A DNA stretch of 54,299 bases from IMG/VR virus record IMGVR_UViG_3300038400_000028, positions 1-54,299 of that record; one strand, written 5' to 3'. The stretch comes from a virus (Duplodnaviria; Caudoviricetes). Positions 25,354 to 35,523 of this stretch are shown here, piece by piece. Within the stretch, counting starts at the first letter, position 1. Each line of letters starts with the position of its first letter. Both the position numbers and the translations under genes were made by a program. The notes under the pieces are model-generated. The model was not told the DNA's origin. It searched no databases and worked only from the letters and a program-made list of their open reading frames with translations.

Positions 25354-25636
25354 CCCCCTGCATGCGCATCAGCCGTGCATACCAGGCATCTGCTAGCACT
25401 TCTGCCTGTTCCTTAGTCGCACGCGGATCGAGCAGCGCTCCTACGTCCTCCCAGGAACCGCCCACCGCATCGTTGACCGCTTTTAGAGTGCTCGCACCTG
25501 GGTCCTGGATATCTCGCGAAATGAGACGCGAGATGTAACCGGGCTTCTTGCCGGCCTGCACTGCGACTGCCCCAACCTTCAGTCCCTGAAGGCTCACAAG
25601 GCGATCGAAATACACTCCTACTGCCTCCACACTCAT
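25280..25636 (-). CDS. XRE-family HTH repressor (CI-like)
   Basis: GLKVGAVAVQAG..PGYISRL...DPGASTLKAV; divergent from the cro-like gene. Confidence 0.8.
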   Translation of the reverse strand: MSVEAVGVYFDRLVSLQGLKVGAVAVQAGKKPGYISRLISRDIQDPGASTLKAVNDAVGGSWEDVGALLDPRATKEQAEVLADAWYARLMRMQGVNRDALRRRLVEAADALLEEQGRQ

Positions 25637-25639
25637 ACC

Positions 25640-26030
25640 TCCATTATAGCAATGATTACCCCTAGGTAAATACCCGCGCGCGTATTGACTTTGTTACGTG
25701 TGCGTGATACAATCCGCATAGGTGACAAATATATCCCCCAAAGGTGATAGTATGCTGCCCAAAGAGGAACTGATACCTATTGTCGACTCCGCTTTTGACG
25801 AGGTGCGCGCCAGGCTGCGTGTGGCAAACGATACCGAGCTCGCCCGAGTGCTTGGAACCTCGCAAAAAACTATCTCCGAACTCCGTAACGGCCACTGGAC
25901 CACCATCGACGCCGCGCTGATCAGCGTGCTCGTCACCGCGCTCCGACCCATCGAACAAATTGCGTGAAAATTCATCCCGCATAGGTATTGACATTATGAC
26001 CTATACGTGATATACTTTACGCATAGGTTA
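25640..26030. promoter_or_regulatory. Immunity switch: two rightward promoters and repeated CGCATAGGT-type operators
   Basis: TTGACT-17-TACAAT (about 25685) and TTGACA-17-TATACT (about 25988); CGCATAGGT near 25716, 25978 and 26020, with variants near 25657, 25735 and 25998. Confidence 0.75.
25752..25967 (+). CDS. Cro-like HTH protein
   Basis: NDTELARVLGTSQKTISELRNG. Confidence 0.8.
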   Translation: MLPKEELIPIVDSAFDEVRARLRVANDTELARVLGTSQKTISELRNGHWTTIDAALISVLVTALRPIEQIA

Positions 26031-26059
26031 TGAATTTATCACGCACAGGAGCCACCCCA

Positions 26060-26257
26060 ATGACCACAACCACCGCCCGCCGCGACATCCTCGCCCAGGT
26101 CGCCCTCGACATCCGCCGGTGCAGCGAGGCCGAGGCCCGCGTAAAGCACCAGGCGGGCGACTGGCGAGCCGATGCGCTGGAGCGCGCTGGCGAACTGGCT
26201 TTGGGTGGTTATCTGGTGAAGAGCCGCAAAGCCGCCGAGCAGGCACGCGAGCAGTAG
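26060..26257 (+). CDS. Hypothetical early protein
   Basis: AGGAG RBS after a strong promoter. Confidence 0.6.
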   Translation: MTTTTARRDILAQVALDIRRCSEAEARVKHQAGDWRADALERAGELALGGYLVKSRKAAEQAREQ

Positions 26258-26269
26258 AGGAGCACGACG

Positions 26270-26806
26270 ATGGGCTACTACAACGAATGTTCCATGGACG
26301 ACCCGAACGCCGAAATCATCAGCAACGAAGGCTGGTCGGTTGACGATCGCCCCGCCACACAGTTGCCCGCCGGCCTGCGCATCGCGCGCTACGATGAGCC
26401 AGGCTGGGCGTACCGGACCCCGACCACGACACTCTGGGTAACAGATGCACCGCCGCTGACCACCGACCACCCCGCCATTACCAAGCGCATCGGCGAGTAC
26501 GACCCGACGACCCGCCAGTACCCCGCCTACGTCTCCATCGACGGCGAGCCCGAGCAGCTCGTCGGCATCCGCTGGAGCGCCGGCGCGGCCGACCTGTGCG
26601 CAGACGAGTACATCTTTCAGTACTACGTGGATCGACACACGCCCGAGGCGGCGGCGCGGATCGCGCTGGCGTTCGCACCAGCGCAACCTGTTGACGACAC
26701 CCCGTATTGCTTCTTCCATCCCGACGCAACCGATCACGACACACGGCACTGCCCCAAGCTCGATGAGCCAGGGTTTGGCGAGCCGTCCTACAGCGTTTTC
26801 AACTAG
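26270..26806 (+). CDS. Acidic hypothetical early protein
   Basis: GAGGAG RBS; C-terminal C..H...H...C. Confidence 0.65.
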   Translation: MGYYNECSMDDPNAEIISNEGWSVDDRPATQLPAGLRIARYDEPGWAYRTPTTTLWVTDAPPLTTDHPAITKRIGEYDPTTRQYPAYVSIDGEPEQLVGIRWSAGAADLCADEYIFQYYVDRHTPEAAARIALAFAPAQPVDDTPYCFFHPDATDHDTRHCPKLDEPGFGEPSYSVFN

Positions 26807-26824
26807 CCGGGCAGGGAGCACGTC

Positions 26825-27034
26825 ATGAGGTACATCGTCACCGGCGTCGCGCAAATTTGCATCTACTCGCAGTGGACCGAGCGCGCCGTCCGCGTCGAGG
26901 TGCGTGGGGCAGACGCTGGCGCGGCGAAGGATCTCGCGCTGGAACTGGAGAAGCGCAACGCCGAACGCCTGGACCCGCACGCGACCGTCCAGTGGCACAC
27001 ACCCGCGCTGGTCCAGGTGCAGCCAATATTTTAG
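26825..27034 (+). CDS. Hypothetical protein
   Basis: GGGAG RBS. Confidence 0.6.
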   Translation: MRYIVTGVAQICIYSQWTERAVRVEVRGADAGAAKDLALELEKRNAERLDPHATVQWHTPALVQVQPIF

Positions 27035-27043
27035 GAGAGAGAT

Positions 27044-27388
27044 ATGCCCATCACACCCGACGACCTCGCAGCTGCCCTGCGCACCACCCTGGAGCGTGGT
27101 TCCGCGCCAGAGGCTCACTGGACCCTGACGCGCTGGGAAACGCAGCAGGACAAGCCCGACGCCGGGCGCGGCCTGGCGCGGCTGCTCTGGCGCAACTACA
27201 GCTACGCGATCGGGCAGCTGGCCCAACTCAGCGAGTTCGACCGGCGCGCAATGGCGGAGGCGTACGTCCGCTATCATCAGAGTTTTGGAGCCAAGCAGGA
27301 CCTGACCGCAAGCATGGTGCTCGCGGACTGGCAAATAGCTATCGACCGGCAGGTGGCGGCGCAGCACAGCGCAGGTATTGAAGGGTAG
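27044..27388 (+). CDS. Hypothetical protein
   Basis: AGGAG RBS. Confidence 0.65.
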   Translation: MPITPDDLAAALRTTLERGSAPEAHWTLTRWETQQDKPDAGRGLARLLWRNYSYAIGQLAQLSEFDRRAMAEAYVRYHQSFGAKQDLTASMVLADWQIAIDRQVAAQHSAGIEG

Positions 27389-27516
27389 CCAAGGAGACCG
27401 CATCAGATAGTACTCACCCTACTATCGACCGCCGTAAGTATACCACAAAGTGAACAGATTGTAATCAAAGGCGCCACGGGGTGAGCGCGGCGCCAGAGAC
27501 ACGAAGGGCTAGCTTC

Positions 27517-27798
27517 ATGTCTGCCGACATCATACCACAACCGGACGCCGACGCCATCGCCGAGGTCGTGCGCGAGCGATACACCTGGCTCACGCGACGC
27601 GAGCACGTTTCGACGCTGGACGAGCTGGATGAGGTGGTAGCGCTGGAGCGGCTGCTGATGGCACACGCGGCCTATCAGGTTGAGGCCAAGCGCGGCACGG
27701 GGATTATCCGGCGCGCTGTAGAACTGATGCGAGTCGGCCGCGGCTGGTCGCAGGCGCTGGAGATCGCTCGCCGGGAGGCACACAATGCCGTGGCATAG
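27517..27798 (+). CDS. Hypothetical protein
   Basis: Operon context. Confidence 0.6.
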   Translation: MSADIIPQPDADAIAEVVRERYTWLTRREHVSTLDELDEVVALERLLMAHAAYQVEAKRGTGIIRRAVELMRVGRGWSQALEIARREAHNAVA

Positions 27799-27985
27799 CC
27801 AGGATGAGGCCGACGAACGTCAGCGCTCCATCGCGCAACTCCGTGCCGACTTCCAGGCGATGCCGCCGGAGATCCAGGAGGAGACACGGGGACGAGTCCA
27901 GCGGCTGCTCGTGGACGAGGCCAAACGCAAGCAGGGCCAGCCGAGCTACCTGCGGCGGATCGCTCGTAAGGTGTATGGAATATGA
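27785..27985 (+). CDS. Hypothetical protein
   Basis: GGAGG RBS. Confidence 0.6.
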   Translation: MPWHSQDEADERQRSIAQLRADFQAMPPEIQEETRGRVQRLLVDEAKRKQGQPSYLRRIARKVYGI

Positions 27986-28479
27986 GTGCGGAGACCTACC
28001 AATGTACTCTGTGTGGTGAGATGAAGCCACGAGAGAGCTTTCCAAAAAATAATGGGAAAAAGGGATGTGGCTCGCGCTGCAAAGTCTGCCATGCAAAGGA
28101 ACAATCCCACTATCGCGCAAAGTATCCAGAGAAGAAACAAACATATGATGAGCAGTGGAGGGCTGCGCATATACAGCATAAACGAGAATATAACGAAAAA
28201 TGGTACCAGCAACACCAGGGAAAGAGAACCGAACATAGCCGCAACTATACCGATCGAAAACGAACTAACGGCGGCGTATTCACAAAAGAAGAGTTTCAGG
28301 CACTATGTACATTCTACAACAATCGCTGTGTGCGATGCGGTTCAGATGGACCACTTCAAGCAGATCATATCATACCCGTCAGCAAGGGCGGCAGTAACAA
28401 TATAAGCAATATCCAGCCTTTATGTGCTAGCTGCAATCATAAAAAGCACGTAAAGATTATTGATTATCGGGTTAGTTGA
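27982..28479 (+). CDS. HNH endonuclease
   Basis: CVRCG...[28 protein letters not shown]; AT-rich. Confidence 0.9.
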   Translation: MSAETYQCTLCGEMKPRESFPKNNGKKGCGSRCKVCHAKEQSHYRAKYPEKKQTYDEQWRAAHIQHKREYNEKWYQQHQGKRTEHSRNYTDRKRTNGGVFTKEEFQALCTFYNNRCVRCGSDGPLQADHIIPVSKGGSNNISNIQPLCASCNHKKHVKIIDYRVS

Positions 28480-28611
28480 GCTTCAAGGAGGTGATTGCCA
28501 AAGATCACAGCAGGCCAAAAACCGTTTATGCAACGACTGGGGCGGCGTGATGTTGTTTGTAATTGGGTACAACACTGCGGGCGCCGCCCTGGTCGAAGTC
28601 GAGGGACACGA

Positions 28612-28767
28612 ATGAGCTTTTCGAAACGCGCCAATATGGCCCGCAAGCGCTACGCCACACTACAGCGGCGGATCGATCGCTTTGTATCCATCGGAGCGGG
28701 GATCGTGCTGTTCGCTGTCTTTGCCTACATCATCATATCGTTGGGCCGATCAGCGGGTCTGTGGTAA
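28612..28767 (+). CDS. Small single-TM protein
   Basis: GAGGG RBS; hydrophobic C-terminus; start uncertain (28495 possible). Confidence 0.45.
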   Translation: MSFSKRANMARKRYATLQRRIDRFVSIGAGIVLFAVFAYIIISLGRSAGLW

Positions 28768-28787
28768 GGGCCAAAGGATAGAAAGCT

Positions 28788-29225
28788 ATGTCTACACATC
28801 ATTTTCTTACACTTCGCCAGCGACTGATCGACTGTCGCATCAGCCTACGAGCAGCCAAGGATGCCTTCGAGTTAGCAAAGGCCGAGGCAGAACAAGAGGC
28901 ATTCAACAGCGGGCGCGCCAGCGGATCAAATGAGGCCGCGCGCCAACGCAGCCTGACCATCGCGCTGGAACAAGATGGCGCCTATCGCACCGCTCACTTC
29001 AATCTGCGATCTGCCGAAAACGAGCTTGACCGCATCGAGCAACTCTTAGAGGCCGCGCGCGACGAACGACGCGCCAGCGAATGGCAGATCCGCGCCAGAC
29101 TGGCCGATGTGTTGCTCGGCACCGGCATTCCATCGGACGACAGCGACCCGGTCGGCGACAGTGCATTCGACGACGCACTGCTCTACAACCTTGACACCCA
29201 GGCGGCACTAGCCGCCGGGCGATAA
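28788..29225 (+). CDS. Coiled-coil hypothetical protein
   Basis: GSNEAAR motif; helical. Confidence 0.65.
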   Translation: MSTHHFLTLRQRLIDCRISLRAAKDAFELAKAEAEQEAFNSGRASGSNEAARQRSLTIALEQDGAYRTAHFNLRSAENELDRIEQLLEAARDERRASEWQIRARLADVLLGTGIPSDDSDPVGDSAFDDALLYNLDTQAALAAGR

Positions 29226-29264
29226 CCAACCGTTACTCGTGGACAACAACAGGAGACACCAGCC

Positions 29265-29987
29265 ATGACCACTCTCACCGACCCGTACACCGCCGCGATG
29301 ACCGCGCCCGAACAGGAGCGCCATTATTTTGGCCTCGTGACCACCGTCGACTCCTATTTCTGTGTCCTGCAGAAAGGTACCGGCAAGCGTGTTTGGGACC
29401 CGACTCGCGACGCCGCCAGTGACCGCCGCATCGCTATCAAGCTCAGCGTCGAGTGTGCCAAGCGCGACGGCGGCGCCTATACCGTTGATCAGGACTGCCT
29501 CAACTTTGAGAGGGCTTGGATCGGCTACACCCTGCCGAGCCTCCAAAAGCTCGGCCTGAGCGACCTGCGTGCGCTGAAAGGCAAATCCTGCCACATCAAG
29601 CGCATCTCTACCGGCGAACACTACACGAATCAGAAAGGCGAACAGAAGGAAAAAAGCGCGATCGTCTTCATCGAATTGTTTGAGGATGCCGCAGCATGCA
29701 ACGCAGCCTCCGAGACATTCTACGGCGATCGGCGCGGCAAGGCCGGTGTCGAAGAGGCCGATGTACCCGAGCCGCCCAAGTCGGCGATGCCGCCCGAGCA
29801 GCAATTCGCGCTGAACTCGCTCCCTGCGCTCTGGAAGGCCAGCGGCCACAACGCCGAAGCGTTTACTAAGCTGATCAACGACAATCCAATGATCAAGCGC
29901 TGGTACCCCGCAACCCATCCGCATGTCCGTGCGTTGATAGCTGGGACAATCGAGGAAGCACCAGCCGACGACGATCTGCCGTTCTAG
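29265..29987 (+). CDS. Putative ssDNA-binding protein
   Basis: Acidic DDDLPF C-terminal tip; adjacent to the recombinase. Confidence 0.55.
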   Translation: MTTLTDPYTAAMTAPEQERHYFGLVTTVDSYFCVLQKGTGKRVWDPTRDAASDRRIAIKLSVECAKRDGGAYTVDQDCLNFERAWIGYTLPSLQKLGLSDLRALKGKSCHIKRISTGEHYTNQKGEQKEKSAIVFIELFEDAAACNAASETFYGDRRGKAGVEEADVPEPPKSAMPPEQQFALNSLPALWKASGHNAEAFTKLINDNPMIKRWYPATHPHVRALIAGTIEEAPADDDLPF

Positions 29988-30046
29988 CGGCTATTCCAGC
30001 CGGATCGGGCGCAATACCCGATCCAGCTGTATCCAAGGAAACAGCG

Positions 30047-30655
30047 ATGACAACAGCACTCACCAAACGAGAACCACAAAACCGATTGACACTTGACACC
30101 ATGAATCTGATCATGGCGCTCGCGCCGAGCTGGCATACCTGTCGCTGGTTCGGTATCAGCAGCCCGGAACAAGCCACTGTACTGATGGCGAAAGCCGCCG
30201 ATCTGGGGCTGCCAATCACCAGTGCCTTCGACTTGATCAAACCGATTTCGACGCCGAACGGCACCGACCTGGCGCTCTCGCCACGTGGCGCCCAGGCGCT
30301 CATCCTCGCGAGCGGCCTCCTGGAAGATATGCAGATTGACAACCAGCCCGAGCGCTGCACCGTCACATTGAAACGGCGCGGTGTCCCGACACCAATCACG
30401 ATCACGTTCGCTATTGACGACGCACGGAAAGCCGGCTTGACTGCTGGCAGCCCGACATCTAGCGGCAAGCCGCGCGGCGACGGCGGCTATGAACGATGGC
30501 TCGCCAACATGCTGCGCTGGCGAGCGCTGGGCTTCGCTCAGGATTTGCTCTTCGCCGATGTCTGCGGCGGCCTCAGTAGCGCGGCAAAATACGATATCCC
30601 GATCACTGAAGAGGGTGATTTTGCCGAAAGCGAGGCCACCAATGATCGCGCTTAA
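30047..30655 (+). CDS. RecT/Red-beta-like ssDNA annealing protein
   Basis: TFAIDDARKAGL...YERWLANMLRWRAL...FADVCGGL. Confidence 0.75.
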   Translation: MTTALTKREPQNRLTLDTMNLIMALAPSWHTCRWFGISSPEQATVLMAKAADLGLPITSAFDLIKPISTPNGTDLALSPRGAQALILASGLLEDMQIDNQPERCTVTLKRRGVPTPITITFAIDDARKAGLTAGSPTSSGKPRGDGGYERWLANMLRWRALGFAQDLLFADVCGGLSSAAKYDIPITEEGDFAESEATNDRA

Positions 30656-31478
30656 CAGCGTACCGGGTGGCCTCCAACTGACCACACCATACGATGCGGC
30701 GTTCCTACACGAGTTCAAGCTGGCCGTGCCGCACACAGCACGCCAGTGGGCCAAACCGCACTGGATCGTCGATGTCGCCTACGGCCCCAAGCTGATCGAG
30801 TTGATCTACGCCTACTTTGGCCAGCAGCTGTCATTGCCACAAGCTACTGCCGCGCCAGCGACGCCAGAAATCCGCGCGATCGAGTTGCGCTATCTGGGCC
30901 GCTGCAAAGAGCGCGGCGACGGCAGCGAGACCAGCGCCTACGGGTATGCTGGCGGCGCCTGGTCAGTCGTGTTGCCCGAGTCGGTACTGCGCGCCTGGTT
31001 TTACGCCGCGCCCGAGCGCGAGCAGCAAGGCAAGCCCCAGACACTCTTCGCTGTGCTGGGTATCGCGCCGGACGCCGATACAACCGCTATCAAGAAAGCG
31101 TTCCGGCGGCTGGCGCTCCAGTGGCACCCCGACACCTGCAAAGAGCCGGACGCCGCCGAACAGTTCAGAAAGATCAACGACGCCTATCAGATCCTGAACG
31201 ACCCAATCAAGGCGAAGAAGTATCGCGCTGGCCTGGCACTCGAAGCCAGCTTGGCGACCACACAGCAGGCCGACGCTGATTACTTTCGGTCGCTCTACAA
31301 CGACGGCTACCGCGCGCCGCTCCGCTGCGGCTATATCCTGGCAGAAGGCCAGCAGCGGCTGGGCCGGTTCGTCATCAGCAAGATTCTCGGCTGGGAAGAC
31401 ATCACGCGGGCCGACGGCAAAACGCTCGTCAGCTCGTGGGACATGGACGCCGAGCGCATCAAAGAGGAGTGGGTCTAA
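30642..31478 (+). CDS. J-domain (DnaJ-like) protein
   Basis: VLGI..IKKAFRRLALQWHPD..FRKINDAYQIL. Confidence 0.9.
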   Translation: MIALNSVPGGLQLTTPYDAAFLHEFKLAVPHTARQWAKPHWIVDVAYGPKLIELIYAYFGQQLSLPQATAAPATPEIRAIELRYLGRCKERGDGSETSAYGYAGGAWSVVLPESVLRAWFYAAPEREQQGKPQTLFAVLGIAPDADTTAIKKAFRRLALQWHPDTCKEPDAAEQFRKINDAYQILNDPIKAKKYRAGLALEASLATTQQADADYFRSLYNDGYRAPLRCGYILAEGQQRLGRFVISKILGWEDITRADGKTLVSSWDMDAERIKEEWV

Positions 31479-32017
31479 TGCAAACTGCACTCGTGCCTGG
31501 CTCGCTCCAGGCGATCGCCAAACAGGACGGCAAAAGCATCGCCGAGACGTTCCTGGGGGCCGACGCGATCATCCTGGTCGATGTCTCCGGCAGTATGTCC
31601 GGCAGCCCGTTTGATCAGGCATGCGGCGAGTTGCGCAAGCTTCAGGCCGATCTGCCCGGCAAGGTCGCCGTCGTCGGCTTCAGCGATGCGCCCGAGTTCG
31701 CGCCCAGCGGTCGCCCGCGCTTCAGCAGCGGCGGCACCGACCTGGCGCGAGCGCTGGCCTTCGTGCATGTGGCCGACGGCTGCGGTGTGCGCTTTATCGT
31801 CATCAGTGACGGCTATCCGAACGACCCCGACGCCGCGCTTAAAGAGGCCAGCACATTCGAGAGCCGGATCGACTGCGTATTCATCGGCCCTGAAGGCGAC
31901 TCGGGCGCCGCGTTTTTGAAGAAACTCGCGGCGGTCAGCGGCGGCCAATACAGTAAAAACCAGGTCGGCGAGGTCGCCGAGCGAGCCAAGCAGCTGCTAC
32001 TGGTCGCAGCATCGTAG
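31478..32017 (+). CDS. vWA-domain protein
   Basis: MIDAS DVSGSM, GGTDL, ISDG. Confidence 0.88.
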   Translation: MQTALVPGSLQAIAKQDGKSIAETFLGADAIILVDVSGSMSGSPFDQACGELRKLQADLPGKVAVVGFSDAPEFAPSGRPRFSSGGTDLARALAFVHVADGCGVRFIVISDGYPNDPDAALKEASTFESRIDCVFIGPEGDSGAAFLKKLAAVSGGQYSKNQVGEVAERAKQLLLVAAS

Positions 32018-32142
32018 GGAGGCAGCCGGGCCTCGTACCACGCCTATGGCGTGAGAGCCGGAGAGACACCTGCTCAGTGGTGTGACTTCGCCGGGGTGAG
32101 CGGAACCCGGCACCATACGAATCGGCCTTGTAGCGAGCACCT

Positions 32143-34239
32143 ATGACAGCAACGACAACCACGAACCTAAATGAAGCGCTGGCCTACGCCGCGCGCGGCT
32201 GGTGCGTCGTCGCGCTGCACACGCCACAGGCGGATGGCTCATGCTCATGCGGGAAATCAACCTGTGACAGCATCGGCAAGCATCCACGCTGGGATGCGCA
32301 GCTGCTGCCGAACGGTCTGAAAAACGCGACGACCGACCCCGGTGTCGTCCAGGTCTGGTGGGCACTCTGGCCTGACGCCAATATCGGCATTGTGACCGGT
32401 GCGGCGAGTGGCTTCTGGGCGCTCGACATTGATCCACAGCACGGTGGCGATCTGAGCCTGGAGCAGATCATCACGCAGTACGGCACCTTACCAGAAACGG
32501 TAGAGGCCACGACCGGCAGCGGCGGCAGTCACCTGCTCTTCAGCCGGCCGGTCGCCGGCATTCGGAACCGTGTCAAATTTGCGCCGGGGCTGGACACGCG
32601 CGGCGATGGCGGCTACATCGTCGCCGCGCCGTCACTCCATGCGTCCGGCCAGCGCTACACCTGGCGCGTATCACCAGATGACGCGCCACTCGCAGACGCA
32701 CCGCAGTGGCTGCTCGATCTCGTCTGTCCACCGGTGCGCTCGCCGTCGCCAGGAGCCGCGCAGGCAGCGATGAACGGCCACCATGCCGCGCTGCCAAAAC
32801 GCACGCTCACCTACATCGTATTCGGCGCCCAGAAAGGCGATCGAAATACCGAGCTGTATCACGCCGCACAGCAGTGCTACGCCGCTGGCTATACGCAAGC
32901 TGAGACCGACAAATTGCTTCGGCCGCGCGCCCTGCAAGACGGTCTGGCCGATCTCGAGATCGACAAAACGATCGCCAGTGCCTATCAGAGTATGTACGTC
33001 AGCGGACCGGCACAGAACCCACAGGCGGCACAGCAGCAAGCTAGCACAGCTGCTGGTAGCACCGGTACAGCAGGACAACCAGGTGGACCCCAGAAGCTGA
33101 AATACTCGCAGATGGTCGCTCAGACACTCGCTTCGCTGGGCTATAGCTTCCGACTCAATCTCTGTAGTGACACGATCGAGGTCAACGATATGCCAATCAC
33201 TAGCATTGTCGCGGCCCAAATCCGCACAGACGCGCGGGATGCCGGCATTAAATCAAAGGAAATCATCAAAGATACCTACACCGTCGAGGCAGCACGCAAC
33301 GCCTATCACCCGATTAAAGATTATTTCAACGGCCTGATCTGGGACGGTGGCGATCATATCGCCGAGCTGGCCGCGGCGTTTCAGAGCAACGATCCGCCGG
33401 TCGTTTACGCCGACAGTACCACAACGCCACTCATCCATGTCTACCTGCATCGCTGGCTGATCGGAGTCGTTGCCAAGGCGCTCGACGCGCATCAGAATAT
33501 GATGCTCGTGCTGGCGGGCCCGCAGGGGATCGGCAAATCAGTCCTCTCGCGCTGGCTCTGCTCATCACTCCTGGCCTATTTTATCGAGGCGCCGATCAAC
33601 CCGAACGATAAAGACACGGATGTCCGGCTGATGAACCACCTGCTCTGGGAAGTCAGCGAGCTCGACGCGACGACGCGACGCGCCGACGTATCCGCACTGA
33701 AGGCGTTCATCACCAAGCGCGTGGTCATCGTGCGAAAAGCCTTCGGCGAGCACGATACGATCAAGCCGGCACTGGCCAGCCTGATCGGTACGGTCAACGA
33801 AAGCACTGGCTTTTTGAGCGACGAAACCGGCAACCGGCGCTTCCTGGTCGCCTCGATCGAGCGGATCGACTGGGCATATCAAACCAGAATCAATGTTGAT
33901 CAGATCTGGGCTGAGGCTGTCGCACGCTACCGCGCAGGCGAGCCGTGGATGCTCGAACGGCCGGAGTCACAGGTGCAGGCACAACAGAATCGTCTGCATG
34001 AGGCCGAGAGCGTCTTGGAGGGCTGGATCACTGAGCATTTTTATATCGGCGCATCAGTCCAAACCGCGCAGATGACCGCGAGCGAGATTATCGACGTGCT
34101 GCGCATGCGCCATGACATCCGATTGCATGGCAGCGAACGGGCCCAGGCGATGGAACTGTCGCGCGTGCTAGCGCACCTGGGCGTGCGCAAAGTCCGCACA
34201 AATACATGGCGCGGCTATGTGGGGATCATGCCGAAATGA
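32143..34239 (+). CDS. Bifunctional primase-polymerase fused to a VapE/VirE-type helicase
   Basis: GKHP, ANIGIVTG, LDID, TGSGGSH, GYIVAAPS; Walker A GPQGIGKS; DETGNRRF. Confidence 0.92.
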   Translation: MTATTTTNLNEALAYAARGWCVVALHTPQADGSCSCGKSTCDSIGKHPRWDAQLLPNGLKNATTDPGVVQVWWALWPDANIGIVTGAASGFWALDIDPQHGGDLSLEQIITQYGTLPETVEATTGSGGSHLLFSRPVAGIRNRVKFAPGLDTRGDGGYIVAAPSLHASGQRYTWRVSPDDAPLADAPQWLLDLVCPPVRSPSPGAAQAAMNGHHAALPKRTLTYIVFGAQKGDRNTELYHAAQQCYAAGYTQAETDKLLRPRALQDGLADLEIDKTIASAYQSMYVSGPAQNPQAAQQQASTAAGSTGTAGQPGGPQKLKYSQMVAQTLASLGYSFRLNLCSDTIEVNDMPITSIVAAQIRTDARDAGIKSKEIIKDTYTVEAARNAYHPIKDYFNGLIWDGGDHIAELAAAFQSNDPPVVYADSTTTPLIHVYLHRWLIGVVAKALDAHQNMMLVLAGPQGIGKSVLSRWLCSSLLAYFIEAPINPNDKDTDVRLMNHLLWEVSELDATTRRADVSALKAFITKRVVIVRKAFGEHDTIKPALASLIGTVNESTGFLSDETGNRRFLVASIERIDWAYQTRINVDQIWAEAVARYRAGEPWMLERPESQVQAQQNRLHEAESVLEGWITEHFYIGASVQTAQMTASEIIDVLRMRHDIRLHGSERAQAMELSRVLAHLGVRKVRTNTWRGYVGIMPK

Positions 34240-34255
34240 GCGCTAGAAAGCCAAA

Positions 34256-34500
34256 TGACAACCTAGGTTGTCACCGTGACAACCTGCGTGACAACCTGTT
34301 TACGGGATTAGTACGCCCTAATGACAACCTGACAACCTCAAATCAGTTTCTACAGTATGCTTTTTACATGTTTGTTGCTTTATATACCTAGTATATCTCT
34401 ATAGAGATAGGTTGTCATAGGTTGTCACGTTGTCATTAGGTAGTCTAGGAGCGGATAAATCGAGTGACAACCTGCGTGACAACCTACCAAGAGGTTGACA
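34256..34500. repeat. Replication origin: TGACAACCT iterons flanking an AT-rich core
   Basis: Forward copies at 34256, 34277, 34289, 34322, 34330, 34465, 34477; inverted at 34265, 34409, 34419. Confidence 0.85.
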
Positions 34501-34504
34501 TTTC

Positions 34505-34726
34505 GTGATTGAGATGCGGCAAACCTATGTTTTAGTCAAGGTCGGCGGACGCTCGTGGAGTCCGGTGTATCACGAACTGGCGGCCGATGGCTCGACGCCA
34601 CTTTGCGGCACGCAGATCAAGGCCAGCGACTGGACACTCTACACACGGCAGCAGGCATGGCGTCGGCGAGAGTGTCGCCAGTGCCGCGCGCTGCTCGCGC
34701 GACAGGAGGCAATTCATGTTCATTGA
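34505..34726 (+). CDS. Small Zn-finger protein
   Basis: H...LCG...CRQC. Confidence 0.55.
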   Translation: MIEMRQTYVLVKVGGRSWSPVYHELAADGSTPLCGTQIKASDWTLYTRQQAWRRRECRQCRALLARQEAIHVH

Positions 34727-35153
34727 AACGACTGCGCTTGCCAATATTACCTGCCGTGTTTGCGGACAATCTGTCAGGGCGCCAATCACAGCCAGTGGCC
34801 TCTTATGCGATGTTTGCCGTATTGATCCGGCCGCGACCGAGCGCTATGTCACACAGGTGCGAAGCGCAACGGAGTCGCGCTTCCAGAAGGCTGTGGAGAG
34901 CTGGGGCGCGCTGTATGACCTGGCTGGCGAGACGGACCAGCGGCGCTATCACAATGTCGGTGAGGCCAGGGCCAAAGGCGCGTCGGGTTTCGCGGCGAAA
35001 TATGATCAGGCGCTGGCCCGAGATGACGGTCTGGGCATGCTGCTCAGAAGCAAGGAGCGATGCGACGCGGTAGCCGATGAGTGGCAGCGCGTGCGTAGGT
35101 GGGCCAAGACGGCGCTGGCTGAAGTGGAGGCGGCGCGCGATGCCACACATTGA
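34716..35153 (+). CDS. Hypothetical protein with N-terminal CxxC pairs
   Basis: AGGAGG RBS; CRVC...CDVC. Confidence 0.65.
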   Translation: MFIETTALANITCRVCGQSVRAPITASGLLCDVCRIDPAATERYVTQVRSATESRFQKAVESWGALYDLAGETDQRRYHNVGEARAKGASGFAAKYDQALARDDGLGMLLRSKERCDAVADEWQRVRRWAKTALAEVEAARDATH

Positions 35154-35523
35154 CATTGCCCAGCTCGCCGCCGAGTACCAGGCCGGCGCGTCGCTCCGCA
35201 CGCTGGCCCAGCGCTATGCCTACTCACATACGCAGATCGCGGACATCCTGGAGGCTGCAGGTGTACCGCGACGCGCGAAGGCATGGCGGCATCCGTTTCG
35301 CATTTGCCCGGCCTGCGGCTGCTCGTTTCGTCCGAAGCAGCCTGATCAAGAACGTTGCTCGGGCGATTGCCACAGAGGCACACACGCGGCTATGTGCCGC
35401 AAAGGACATCCACTTATCCCGGAGAATCTCACGCCGTGCTACGGGCACACTAGTCAGCGCTGCCGGCAGTGTATGAACGCTACATCGGCGCGCTACCGCG
35501 CCAGGAAAGGGGAGTCGCGCTAA
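35140..35523 (+). CDS. HTH plus Zn-finger protein
   Basis: YQAGASLRTLAQRY; CPAC; CRKGH..ENL..RCRQC. Confidence 0.65.
   Translation: MPHIDIAQLAAEYQAGASLRTLAQRYAYSHTQIADILEAAGVPRRAKAWRHPFRICPACGCSFRPKQPDQERCSGDCHRGTHAAMCRKGHPLIPENLTPCYGHTSQRCRQCMNATSARYRARKGESR

Noticed and set aside
27982-28479. 3'-end replacement around the third HNH gene
   Set aside because: No duplicated peptide or direct repeat recognised in its flanks
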